A DNA stretch of 56,309 nucleotides from IMG/VR virus record IMGVR_UViG_3300046171_000013, positions 1 through 56,309 of that record; one strand, given 5' to 3'. The translations under genes were made by a program, and so were the position numbers. The notes under the pieces are model-generated. The model was not told where the DNA came from and did no database searches. It worked only from the letters and a program-made list of their open reading frames with translations. Every line of letters begins with the position of its first letter. Within the stretch, counting starts at the first letter, position 1. Below, in pieces: positions 48,050-56,309 of the stretch. Origin of the DNA: a virus (taxonomy: Duplodnaviria > Caudoviricetes).

Positions 48050-48871
48050 CTAGAATGGGATGTCGTCATCCTCTACAGGCTTGTCGTCCACAGGAGTAGC
48101 AGACGCCATCGGCGCCTCTTCCTGCTGGGCTTTAGCCTCACCCTTCATGACAGATTCACGGAACAGCTTTGCTTCGTTGAACAAAGCCTTGTCCTGTACA
48201 AGGCCAACCTTTTCAATCGCCCAGTTGTACCAAGTACGCATTTCACCATCGACAGTCTTGGACTCCTCGACCACCGTCAGCTTCCACATGGTAGCGAACA
48301 GAGCCGGTGTCTTCATCTCACCAGTCTTTGGGTGCTTTACCTTCTGCATTGCAATCTGGGTCTTCCAACGGCGGCTGACCTTGAGACCAGTAGACTTGAA
48401 GTCCACGATGGCTGGCTCATACATGCCGTCCTCACCCAAGATCAGGCAGAAGTGCTGGTCACTCTTGATGACCTCATTACCGTTTGGCAGATATTCTTTT
48501 GCACCAACCCGCGTGGTTTGAGACAGATCCGGATCGTCCGGTGCTCGTACACCTACAAAGCCGCCACCTTGGTCACCAGAGACGAACTCTGGATAAGTGG
48601 TCACTTGGTAGCATGGGATCACGGTGATGCCCTTCTCGCCGTCCCAGATCTCGTTAGACACGGTGTTGAAGATATCCCCTTGGCGCAGATCAGCGATATG
48701 CTTCATGTCGCTCTTCTTGAGTTGGGGGGATGTGCCTTGTGCTACACGCACAAATGGAATCTGCAACTCGCTAGCTTCGTAGGTTGTGCCCTCACCAGCG
48801 GTGTCAAAGATGTCTTCCATCATTTCGGCTGGCAGACCAGCCTCTTCTTTTTTTGCTACTTGATTAGCCAT
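48050..48871 (-). CDS. Single-stranded DNA-binding / annealing protein
   Basis: Acidic C-terminal DDDIPF tail; lies in the replication block. Confidence 0.7.
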   Translation of the reverse strand: MANQVAKKEEAGLPAEMMEDIFDTAGEGTTYEASELQIPFVRVAQGTSPQLKKSDMKHIADLRQGDIFNTVSNEIWDGEKGITVIPCYQVTTYPEFVSGDQGGGFVGVRAPDDPDLSQTTRVGAKEYLPNGNEVIKSDQHFCLILGEDGMYEPAIVDFKSTGLKVSRRWKTQIAMQKVKHPKTGEMKTPALFATMWKLTVVEESKTVDGEMRTWYNWAIEKVGLVQDKALFNEAKLFRESVMKGEAKAQQEEAPMASATPVDDKPVEDDDIPF

Positions 48872-49443
48872 TACTTCTTCCTCTTAACTTCAGCAGTTCT
48901 TGCTACATAGGCTCCAAACATATCCAGATCTATCGGCTGGCCCTGTTCAACACGTTCACGAACAAACGCCTTGAGGGTCATCGAATGGATATGCGTCTTC
49001 TGTTCTGGGTGGAAACCCTTCTGCTCGAGGTCGTACATAACGTCCCCAGCAGCGTTGTCCTGCCCACGACCAAACGACACGATGATGTCGTTCTTAATGA
49101 TGTCGTCCAGACCATGTTCTCGGAGCCAGTTGAAAGCCTCCTGCTTCCGGTCAGCAGGGATTGACGCAGACACAAACGGCTTCAGCGTAACGGTTGCACC
49201 GTCCACATCCACACGCTCTATCCCCATCTCATCCATGAGCATAGGGATTTGCTCAAACGCAATCCGCTGTTTTTCTGCTTTTAGTTCTTTGAGATACTTT
49301 TCAGTCTCATCAATTTGTTCTTGTTTAGCGTTAAGCTGGCGAACTAGACCAGATAACTGCTTGCCCCCATCTGCATCAACGCCGGATAGCGTATCCGCAT
49401 CTGCGAACATCTCTTCGTCAAAGATTGTTTCACTCTGCTGCAT
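48871..49443 (-). CDS. Conserved phage replication-region protein
   Basis: A..WLREHGLDDIIK...H..TLKAFVRE. Confidence 0.7.
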   Translation of the reverse strand: MQQSETIFDEEMFADADTLSGVDADGGKQLSGLVRQLNAKQEQIDETEKYLKELKAEKQRIAFEQIPMLMDEMGIERVDVDGATVTLKPFVSASIPADRKQEAFNWLREHGLDDIIKNDIIVSFGRGQDNAAGDVMYDLEQKGFHPEQKTHIHSMTLKAFVRERVEQGQPIDLDMFGAYVARTAEVKRKK

Positions 49444-49475
49444 AGCAAGTACATCCTCTTCAGGTTTGATGGGCT

Positions 49476-49504
49476 TGACGGAACCGTTCCGTTACCCTAT
49501 GTTC
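49476..49504 (+). promoter_or_regulatory. Promoter with a palindromic operator at the divergence of replication genes
   Basis: TTGACG-N17-TATGTT containing ACGGAAC-C-GTTCCGT. Confidence 0.55.
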
Positions 49505-49525
49505 AGACCATATAGGAGGACATGG

Positions 49526-50998
49526 ATGGAAGTCAACTACAAATTCAAAACAGAACCCTATGAGCATCAGCGGGAAGCTATGAACCGCAGTATACCTATG
49601 AATGCTTACGGATTCTTTATGGAAATGGGAACTGGTAAGTCTAAGGTTCTGATCGACAGTGTCGCGTATCTGGGCAACACACATAAGATCGACTTCGCAT
49701 TAATCATTGCACCAAAGGGGTGTACCGCAACTGGATCAACAAGGAGATTCCGGAGCACTTCCCAACTGATATCCGTCACACGGTATGCGCGTGGCAGGCC
49801 AACCAGACCAAAGGCTATAAGGAGGAGGTCAAGGCGTTCTTCTTCAATACCGACCCAGGCGTCAAGATATTCATAATGAATGTGGAGGCGTTCTCCAGTT
49901 CAAAGGGTAAAGCAGCCGGCGAGTGGATGGCGGAGAAGTTCGGGCAGAATGGCCTTATAGCTATTGATGAAAGTACCACCATCAAGAACCATAAGGCCAA
50001 ACGCACCAAGTCTCTACTCAAGATCGCGGCCAAGTTCAAGTACAGAAGACTGTTGACAGGCTCGCCTGTTACAAAATCCCCCATGGATCTGTTTGCGCAG
50101 TTTCAGTTTCTCAACCCCATGATCCTCGGCTACGACTCCTACTATGCCTTCCAAGGGCGTTACGCCGTCTTACAGAAGCGCAGCATGGGTGCACATAGTT
50201 TCCAACAGATTCTTGGCTACAGGAACTTAGAGGAGCTTTCTGGGAAGATTGACCCCTATACATATCGGGTGCTGAAAAAGGATTGTCTGGACCTGCCAGA
50301 AAAAACCTACACCGTGCGTAATGTCGGCCTGACTATGGAACAGATCCGCATGTATAAGGATCTGCAAAAGGAGGCCATGACGCTTCTGGAGAACGGCGAA
50401 CTGGTATCGGCGCCGCAAGTCATCACACAGATGTTGCGCATCCAGCAGGTTCTCTCCGGTCACATAAAGACTGACGAGGGCGATCTGATTGAAATCCCAA
50501 CCCAGCGCCTGTCTGCCATGATGGATTGTATCGAGGAGGTGTCAGGCAAGATCATCATCTGGTCCAGGTTTCGCTACGACATCATCCACATTCGGGCAGA
50601 GCTAGCCAAAGTGTATGGCGAACAGTCGGTGGTCTCCTACTACGGAGACACATCAGACCAGGATCGGCAACTTGCCATCGACAGATTCCAGAACGGAAAC
50701 GCAAGATTCTTCGTGGCGAATCCAGCCACCGCAGGATACGGCCTCACGCTGACCGAGGCCAATACAGTGATTTATTATGCTAACGACTTTAATCTTGAAA
50801 CTCGGATCCAGTCCGAGGATCGCTGTCATCGTATAGGTCAGAAGAACCCTGTCACATATATCGACCTACTTGCGGACGGGAACCATTGATGAGAAGATCG
50901 TCAAGGCACTTCGTGATAAGATAGATATAGGTGCACGAGTATTAGGAGAGGAAGCTAGAGAATGGCTGAAGCTGACACCAAAATCACAGGCAGCATAG
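49526..50998 (+). CDS. SNF2-family (SF2) helicase (frameshifts ~49719 and ~50880)
   Basis: PYEHQ, EMGTGKS, IDES, LTGSP, GYGLTL, QSEDRCHRIGQ. Confidence 0.9.
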
Positions 50999-51180
50999 AT
51001 GTGCTGGTTGACTACAAGAAAGGCGGTCTGACACTCGCTCAAGCTGTTGACCGGTTTGGGAAGCTAACAGGTCTGACACCAGATATTGCGGAGAAGTTCA
51101 TCAAAGGTTTGGGGAGAGACAATGTCATATCGCTTGAGGCAAAAAGAAATGTTTATAAGGCAGAGCCGGAGGCGGAATGA
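50962..51180 (+). CDS. Small hypothetical protein
   Basis: 72 aa with GGAGAGG RBS. Confidence 0.55.
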   Translation: MAEADTKITGSIDVLVDYKKGGLTLAQAVDRFGKLTGLTPDIAEKFIKGLGRDNVISLEAKRNVYKAEPEAE

Positions 51181-51362
51181 TTTGGCTTCTCGTTCTGGTC
51201 ACAGCGAACAGCATAGACAACCTAGATGCCAGAGTCCTGTCGGTGCATCCAACAATAGCGGAGTGCCATGTGACAGCGACTCAGGTCTTCTGGGAGAACA
51301 TGCCGGTAAATCAGGAGGCCGTGTGCCTGAGAATGGAGGAGAAATATGATAGATCAAGGTGA
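51177..51362 (+). CDS. Small protein with hydrophobic N-terminus
   Basis: MIWLLVLV...two Cys; coupled. Confidence 0.55.
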   Translation: MIWLLVLVTANSIDNLDARVLSVHPTIAECHVTATQVFWENMPVNQEAVCLRMEEKYDRSR

Positions 51363-51543
51363 TGGCACTTTTGCAAAACGAATGGCAGCGGGGCACTGCC
51401 CTCGATGCCAGACGATGATGCCGCCAGTTGATGTGCATGGGCACATACAATGCACGGTATGTCATCTGGTTATTAGCGAATGTTGTCAGGGAGAACAGGC
51501 TTGTGACTTTGATACCACCGATAAGGCTGGGTCATTGTCGTGA
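51346..51543 (+). CDS. Small zinc-finger protein
   Basis: CPRC...VHGHIQC..C....ECCQGE. Confidence 0.6.
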   Translation: MIDQGDGTFAKRMAAGHCPRCQTMMPPVDVHGHIQCTVCHLVISECCQGEQACDFDTTDKAGSLS

Positions 51544-51992
51544 AACTTGAGGTCACACCCGTTAGTATTCGTGAAGCGAATGAGTTCGTAGATAACTTCC
51601 ACCGTCATAACAAACCTACTGGCGGTGGGAAGTTTGCTATCGGGGCGACCTATGCAGGAGAACTTGTCGGAGTAGCCATTGTGGGCAGACCTGTAGCTCG
51701 GATGCTGGACGATGGCTCAACCGCCGAGGTTACCAGAGTTTGCGTTGTAGATCACGCACCCAAAAACTCGTGCAGTTTTCTTTACGGGCGGTGTTGGCGA
51801 ATCTGGCAACAGATGGGCGGCAAACGCATGATCACATATACCTTGCAGGAAGAGTCTGGCTCCTCGCTTCGGGGCGCCGGTTGGAAGATTGTCGGGGAGG
51901 TCAAACCTACCTCGCAGGGCTGGGATCGCAAGAATCGGAGCCGAGAATGGCAACCAATCTATGGGCAGCTGAAGTTTAGGTGGGAGGCATAA
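51540..51992 (+). CDS. XF1762 / Mom-like GNAT-fold protein (possible DNA modification)
   Basis: ANEFV..FHRH...GVAIVGRPVAR..DDG...EVTR...ITYTL..ESG.SL.GAGW. Confidence 0.7.
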   Translation: MKLEVTPVSIREANEFVDNFHRHNKPTGGGKFAIGATYAGELVGVAIVGRPVARMLDDGSTAEVTRVCVVDHAPKNSCSFLYGRCWRIWQQMGGKRMITYTLQEESGSSLRGAGWKIVGEVKPTSQGWDRKNRSREWQPIYGQLKFRWEA

Positions 51993-52102
51993 TGAAAGGG
52001 GCGGATTGACCGCCCCTTCCTTGTATATACCTTCTTGGATTTTACGACACGCTTCCTGAACCTCGGCTCACGAATCTTGCGTGCTACCGGATTGCGTTTC
52101 AT
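51959..52102 (-). CDS. ArfA-like small basic peptide
   Basis: MKRNPVARKIREPRFRKRVVKSKKVYTRKG. Confidence 0.55.
   Translation of the reverse strand: MKRNPVARKIREPRFRKRVVKSKKVYTRKGRSIRPFHYASHLNFSCP
51996..52018. terminator. Bidirectional terminator lying inside the ArfA-like ORF
   Basis: AAGGGGCGG-ATTGA-CCGCCCCTT. Confidence 0.7.
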
Positions 52103-52314
52103 TTCTTCTTGTTCTTGCTTCCCTTCGGACGACCACGCTTCTTCGGCGCCGCCTTGGGTGCAACCTTCTTCGCCGGAGCCTGACCCCCGACCCACGCTTC
52201 ATTGAACGTAGGTGTCTTCCTGTCGTCACCAACAAGCCTGCCCCGACTATCCCGCGCACGCTCTGGCTCGGAATAAAACATCGGGAAAAATGTCTTCAGA
52301 AAATTTTTAATCAT
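52099..52314 (-). CDS. Small basic protein with AT-hook
   Basis: RARDSRGR...TP..NEAW; KKRGRPKG. Confidence 0.65.
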   Translation of the reverse strand: MIKNFLKTFFPMFYSEPERARDSRGRLVGDDRKTPTFNEAWVGGQAPAKKVAPKAAPKKRGRPKGSKNKKK

Positions 52315-52493
52315 ACCGTCTCTCCATTTTTCTGCTGGTATGCGTCTTTGATCAGGACGGCTAGTTGCCTAGCAATCGTCCGCTCTTCAGCCTTCGACAA
52401 CTCGCGGATCATGTTATAAATCTCCATCGGAACCGCTACGTTACGAAAAGCTGCCTTCTCCTCAACTTGAGGTCTTCCGCGCTTTGCTGCCAT
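52311..52493 (-). CDS. Ribbon-helix-helix regulator with an AT-hook-like N-terminus
   Basis: KRGRP...NVAVP.E.Y..IR.LS....RTIA.QL..LI. Confidence 0.6.
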   Translation of the reverse strand: MAAKRGRPQVEEKAAFRNVAVPMEIYNMIRELSKAEERTIARQLAVLIKDAYQQKNGETV

Positions 52494-52842
52494 TGGCCTT
52501 ACCTTTCTTCTTTTTTGCGTGATACCGCTCTCGCGCCTTGCGGTTTGTCTCTTGACGCTTTGCCTCTGGATCGTGCTGGCTGTACGCCTTCCCGAACAGC
52601 GCGTTCAGACCTGGCTCGAGTTCCTTTGCTAGTTGCGCTCGGCTCTTGCGCCTTGCTTCTTTGGCCTTTCGATCCTGATACGTCATCGACTCCTGATCGT
52701 ACTCCAGACCCAGTTCGTCCGCTGTTGCCACGAGGTTTGCGATCATCCGCATGTCCCCGTCCTCCAGAATGAACCGTACTAGCTTTCCGCGTAGCAGGTT
52801 TAGGGTGTCGTTTATCAACACCGCTTGGTTTCCTAAATACAT
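52462..52842 (-). CDS. Accessory protein containing an exact copy of the MCP N-terminal peptide
   Basis: SRAQLAKELEPGLNALFG at 52591-52644; AAGGAGG RBS. Confidence 0.75.
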   Translation of the reverse strand: MYLGNQAVLINDTLNLLRGKLVRFILEDGDMRMIANLVATADELGLEYDQESMTYQDRKAKEARRKSRAQLAKELEPGLNALFGKAYSQHDPEAKRQETNRKARERYHAKKKKGKANGSKARKTSS

Positions 52843-53038
52843 CTTTGTACCTCCTTACTTCGACTTCGATGTAGTAACCATGGTGACCGTCTCCCCTTCT
52901 GGGGACGCTGGCTTGCTCGTCCAGTTCGTCAATCACCTTCTCCACTTCGGTGGGCTTACAGCTCACCTCCTTCACAATCTTCAGCTTGTTTGAATACAAG
53001 GTAATTGTGAAATCATAGATTTTATTATCATTGCCCAT
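52499..53038 (-). CDS. Hypothetical protein (true stop probably near 52855)
   Basis: MGNDNKIYDFTI...; its C-terminal half overlaps the next gene. Confidence 0.45.
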   Translation of the reverse strand: MGNDNKIYDFTITLYSNKLKIVKEVSCKPTEVEKVIDELDEQASVPRRGDGHHGYYIEVEVRRYKDVFRKPSGVDKRHPKPATRKASTVHSGGRGHADDRKPRGNSGRTGSGVRSGVDDVSGSKGQRSKAQEPSATSKGTRARSERAVREGVQPARSRGKASRDKPQGARAVSRKKEER

Positions 53039-53219
53039 GTTTATAGCTTGTTATCTTCTTACAGTCCACAAATTTCATGGTCTTATTTTCATAGTATTTT
53101 GGACGCATATCCGCGATCTCATACAAGCACTGCCACTCGTGCTCATGAGTCGAACCTTCAACCCACTCGCATTGGTTTCCAGTACACATCAACACGATTG
53201 TTAAAAAACTAACTATCAT
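53028..53219 (-). CDS. Small Cys-containing protein with signal-like N-terminus
   Basis: MIVSFLTIVLMC...; GGAGGAC RBS. Confidence 0.55.
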   Translation of the reverse strand: MIVSFLTIVLMCTGNQCEWVEGSTHEHEWQCLYEIADMRPKYYENKTMKFVDCKKITSYKHGQ

Positions 53220-53436
53220 AATTGTCCTCCGCTTCGGTATATCCAGCGATAACGATGTCATGCGCTTCGCTATGATCCGGACGAACCTCCGGATCGTTTT
53301 CGATCAACGCCACCGCCTCACCCATAGTGTCAGCCTTAACGCAATAATAATGAGTGCCATGCAGGATGTAGTCCTGCGCAATCAGGTACTCCTTATCCAT
53401 ATCTTTGGGCGCGGAATCTTCGCTCAATCTCATCAC
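53209..53436 (-). CDS. Small hypothetical protein
   Basis: YCVKADTMGEA; start uncertain. Confidence 0.55.
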   Translation of the reverse strand: MMRLSEDSAPKDMDKEYLIAQDYILHGTHYYCVKADTMGEAVALIENDPEVRPDHSEAHDIVIAGYTEAEDNYDS

Positions 53437-53773
53437 AGGTCTTCTCCATGTGCATGTCGATACACAGGCGGATGATGTCCGCTGCGCTGACTTGCTGGTT
53501 GGTGATGTGCGTCAACTCATCGGACTTTCGGGATAAAATTTCCCATGTCCGCTGACGCATCAACAGATTATAATTCTTGGTGGCACTAGCCAGTTTTGTT
53601 GGTCTTGTCATCGCCCTTACCTTTTCCATAAAAATCACCGCGCTTTGATTCCTGTAACTACGGTCCTGCCGTGTGCCAGCAACCGTCTTAATGAACCACG
53701 CCTTGTTGCGGAGCCGCGCTAATTCCTGCGCGAACTCATCAACCGTCATGTCAGCCGCATTCTTCATTGCCAT
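53393..53773 (-). CDS. Hypothetical protein, C-terminal RHH-like
   Basis: VSAADIIRLCID; GGAGG RBS. Confidence 0.55.
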   Translation of the reverse strand: MAMKNAADMTVDEFAQELARLRNKAWFIKTVAGTRQDRSYRNQSAVIFMEKVRAMTRPTKLASATKNYNLLMRQRTWEILSRKSDELTHITNQQVSAADIIRLCIDMHMEKTCDEIERRFRAQRYG

Positions 53774-54495
53774 GCCCTCCTTCTGCCCTCGGATCTCATC
53801 TGACCCCTCTTAATCATCTGATTCTCAGACTCCAGACCCTTGCTCCTCAACGCTTTGTCCTGAGCTAATGATTGTCTGCAATGATTGCGGATCATCTCAC
53901 GAGTTATGCGCTTTCCGAGCTGAGTCCGTTTCCCAACCAGTTCGATTTCGCTACTCAACTCACGGTTTAATTCATCGTCTGCCTGTTCTATCGTCAAACC
54001 AAATTCCGACACCAAAAGGTTAATCTGGTTAACGTATTCACGCGCTCCACCCAACATTTGAGACATTTGAGTCAGGCTCAACCGCTCCGCATCAGACTGC
54101 ACTTTGAATTGTTCGGAGCGTTGCTCACGCGCCCTTTCACGACTAAGAGGGATATCTCGGTAAAGTTCAGCGGGAACCAACCAACACTGCCCCTTCGGAG
54201 CCTTGCAATTCTGCCCCGACTTCCAGAATGATTTGCCTGCCCATGCCTCATGATCGTGATCCACAACAATCCGACCCCTGTCGGTCATCGCCTTGATTCT
54301 TGTCACATGCGGCTTTTGCATTTCGTAATGCGAGGCCGTGTGCAACACCACAACCAAATCACCAACTTGCGGGGGGTGCTGCTCATGATATTCACGAGTC
54401 GCGTCAAGGTCTGCCCGCTTGTTCCGCATCTTGTAAACCCAGTCCAACCAGCGGTCTTCAGGACGCAATCCTGGAATTATTTCAAGTTTCAGCAT
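53764..54495 (-). CDS. Hypothetical protein
   Basis: Long ORF, start at MMLKLE after GGAGG; PQVGDLVVV. Confidence 0.6.
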   Translation of the reverse strand: MLKLEIIPGLRPEDRWLDWVYKMRNKRADLDATREYHEQHPPQVGDLVVVLHTASHYEMQKPHVTRIKAMTDRGRIVVDHDHEAWAGKSFWKSGQNCKAPKGQCWLVPAELYRDIPLSRERAREQRSEQFKVQSDAERLSLTQMSQMLGGAREYVNQINLLVSEFGLTIEQADDELNRELSSEIELVGKRTQLGKRITREMIRNHCRQSLAQDKALRSKGLESENQMIKRGQMRSEGRRRAWQ

Positions 54496-54712
54496 CATCA
54501 TCCTCCAGCTCTGGACCGCCCCAATCCTTGCGGTCATCCTCGTTTTCATAGGCGCGGAGGTAATCCTGGACCTGCTCATCCGTCATATCCTCGCGCTCGA
54601 TGCGCTTCATCGAACCGTTTTCCTGCACCTGATTGTAGTGCGGTTCAGGACGGCGCCCATAATATGCGTCCGCCGAACCACGATCCGCCGGACTCCCATG
54701 AACCCTACTCAT
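54482..54712 (-). CDS. Conserved phage hypothetical protein (HGSP.DRGSADAYY)
   Basis: HGSPADRGSADAYYGR...PHY...Y...E...KDW. Confidence 0.7.
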   Translation of the reverse strand: MSRVHGSPADRGSADAYYGRRPEPHYNQVQENGSMKRIEREDMTDEQVQDYLRAYENEDDRKDWGGPELEDDDAET

Positions 54713-54989
54713 CGTCATCCTCCTCCGGCAGACTCTCGTCCACCTCACATTGAATGCCATGGTACTCGCAGTAACCAATCACAGAATACAACTGCGGGTG
54801 CGGAGCAATGAATGACACAATCCTCACGCCCTGTTTGCCGTTGTCATCCACAATGTAAAACAGCCAATAATTAGCCACCTCCGGAGATGCCCACGCAAAC
54901 AAACGTGTCGTGCTGCCCTCACCTGATGACGTTGTGATCTGACCTGCCACCTCCGACAGGAAGCTCAATGTCCAGTCCATGTCACTCAT
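54705..54989 (-). CDS. Hypothetical protein
   Basis: MSDMDWTLSF...; coupled. Confidence 0.55.
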   Translation of the reverse strand: MSDMDWTLSFLSEVAGQITTSSGEGSTTRLFAWASPEVANYWLFYIVDDNGKQGVRIVSFIAPHPQLYSVIGYCEYHGIQCEVDESLPEEDDDE

Positions 54990-55137
54990 CTTCATCCTCC
55001 ACCAAATCCGCGTACTTGCGCCGCGCCTCGTGATAAACCTCAATCAGGCTTTCGCCATGTTTGGTTGTCCACTCCTCCACGGTCATGTCGATGGCATCCT
55101 CCTCCATGTCCATGACCCATGCTTTTACTTTTCCCAT
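54982..55137 (-). CDS. Small acidic protein
   Basis: MGKVKAWVMDMEED...; GGAGG RBS. Confidence 0.6.
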   Translation of the reverse strand: MGKVKAWVMDMEEDAIDMTVEEWTTKHGESLIEVYHEARRKYADLVEDEDE

Positions 55138-55243
55138 TTCTACCTCCGTAGATTTTGAACCAACAATCCGTGCAAAGAAGCCTATTGCCATCCTTCGCAT
55201 CCGCCTTCTCGCCACATGTGTGGCATCTACTGATCGGCAACAT
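55040..55243 (-). CDS. Small zinc-finger protein (3' end uncertain)
   Basis: CHTC...CTDC. Confidence 0.5.
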   Translation of the reverse strand: MLPISRCHTCGEKADAKDGNRLLCTDCWFKIYGGRNGKSKSMGHGHGGGCHRHDRGGVDNQTWRKPD

Positions 55244-56309
55244 CCCTCATGCCCTCCAGCAAATGACATATAACGTCAATCGTCCAGCCATTGCCCAACA
55301 TCCTATAACGCTGGGTGTTCGACACATGGTTGGTGTAATTGTCCGGCACAGTCTGCAACCGCTCACATTCGATGGGCGTCAACTTGCGCCACATCAAACG
55401 CATCTCATCGCTGTATGCGTCCGGATACCTGCCCTCCGGCAACGGCGAAACCAATGTGTCCTTCTCCACCGTGGACAAACAACGTGACTTGCCCTTCGTG
55501 TCATGAACCTCCAAACACTGATTGACCGGAACGTCCTTGTTATAGTCATCGCGGACTCCATCCTTCAAACGGCGCCCAACAATAGATGCCGGATACAACA
55601 CAAAATTATTGTGCTCCCATGACGATCCGCTCAACGTGGGAACCTTCCCATCGTCCGCCTTGATGCCGCCTTGGTTCTTGCCCCTCGCAACTTGAAGAAT
55701 CTTAGGCTCCAGATTGCCGCCAGATGCCGCGCACAAACTTGGTGCCTTGCCATCCGGATGATAGACGCGGCGATTGTAGCCGTGACCTTTGAGGTCTGCC
55801 TCGCCAGCCAACTGCAATCCGGTTTCCGTTGGATCGTCAAAATCAAACACAAGCTGGCGGCGGTTCTTCTGAAAGTACGACTTCAGATTGCCGCCCTTGA
55901 AGTAGTTCGCGTCAATGCAATGCGACTTCTCGCGATCCGTGAACCCATCCTCCAAGATGTCCTTCAAATAGACATGCTTGTTCTCCGGCAAAGACTTGAC
56001 TGGAATGTTCGTCCAATACAAACGCCGCCGATTCTGCGCACTCACACGATTAGAGTTGATATCCACAGGCTTGCATCCCAGAAGGTCAGATATAACGTCC
56101 TGATATTCTTTCTTCATATTGACGTTCTCCAACAGGAAATACTTTGGCTTCAACGCTTTCAACAGCCGCACAAACTCAAAGAAGAGTTTGGAACGCGGAT
56201 CGTCAAAATTGAGTTGCTTGCCAGCAAACGAAAATCCCTGACAAGGTGAGCCGCCAATCAGCAGGTCAATTTTCTGGTGCCCATTGCCATCTTCATGCGG
56301 AATAACCAG
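55227..56309 (-). CDS. DNA (cytosine-5) methyltransferase, main part, with an expanded variable region
   Basis: Frame open to the window end: DLLIGGSPCQGFS (motif IV), LLENV (VI), QNRRRLYW (VIII), RKLTPIECERLQ (IX), LGNGW (X). Confidence 0.95.
   Translation of the reverse strand: MVIPHEDGNGHQKIDLLIGGSPCQGFSFAGKQLNFDDPRSKLFFEFVRLLKALKPKYFLLENVNMKKEYQDVISDLLGCKPVDINSNRVSAQNRRRLYWTNIPVKSLPENKHVYLKDILEDGFTDREKSHCIDANYFKGGNLKSYFQKNRRQLVFDFDDPTETGLQLAGEADLKGHGYNRRVYHPDGKAPSLCAASGGNLEPKILQVARGKNQGGIKADDGKVPTLSGSSWEHNNFVLYPASIVGRRLKDGVRDDYNKDVPVNQCLEVHDTKGKSRCLSTVEKDTLVSPLPEGRYPDAYSDEMRLMWRKLTPIECERLQTVPDNYTNHVSNTQRYRMLGNGWTIDVICHLLEGMRDVADQ

Noticed and set aside
52499-52855. Overprinted gene overlapping the capsid-mimic ORF (also 360..570)
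   Set aside because: The extension is low-complexity and a TAA lies in another frame just before the next RBS; more likely a read indel or lost stop than true overprinting.

Overview
Near-complete (~56 kb, circularly permuted) genome of a tailed dsDNA phage, most likely a podovirus-like marine/aquatic phage. The host is probably a proteobacterium, possibly alphaproteobacterial (inference only). A C5 DNA methyltransferase is split across the two window ends. Layout: leftward accessory genes (1-1.1 kb); an iteron-like repeat region; terS and a PD-(D/E)xK nuclease; a leftward early island of small genes with repeated sigma70-like promoters, terminators and TCGGG arrays (2.5-5.8 kb); then a rightward morphogenesis region with an HlyC-like acyltransferase, terL, portal, membrane/holin genes, GroES, scaffold, capsid, adaptors, a duplicated modular tail-fibre block, internal virion proteins and lysozyme (6-42.4 kb). 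A leftward replication block follows (PolA Leu762 type, UvrD, AlpA, AEP primase, SSB), then a divergent SNF2 helicase and a Mom-like protein, and leftward accessory genes to the end. Many core genes carry small indels that look like long-read errors. No integrase, tRNA, CRISPR or reverse transcriptase was seen. Most notable: (1) an accessory gene with an exact 18-aa copy of the major capsid N-terminus in almost entirely different codons; (2) repeated hairpin-CCUCC(A/C)U-terminator RNA modules complementary to the AUGGAGGAC ribosome-binding sites of the early genes; (3) an RTX-type acyltransferase heading the virion operon; (4) an ArfA-like peptide with a terminator inside its ORF.
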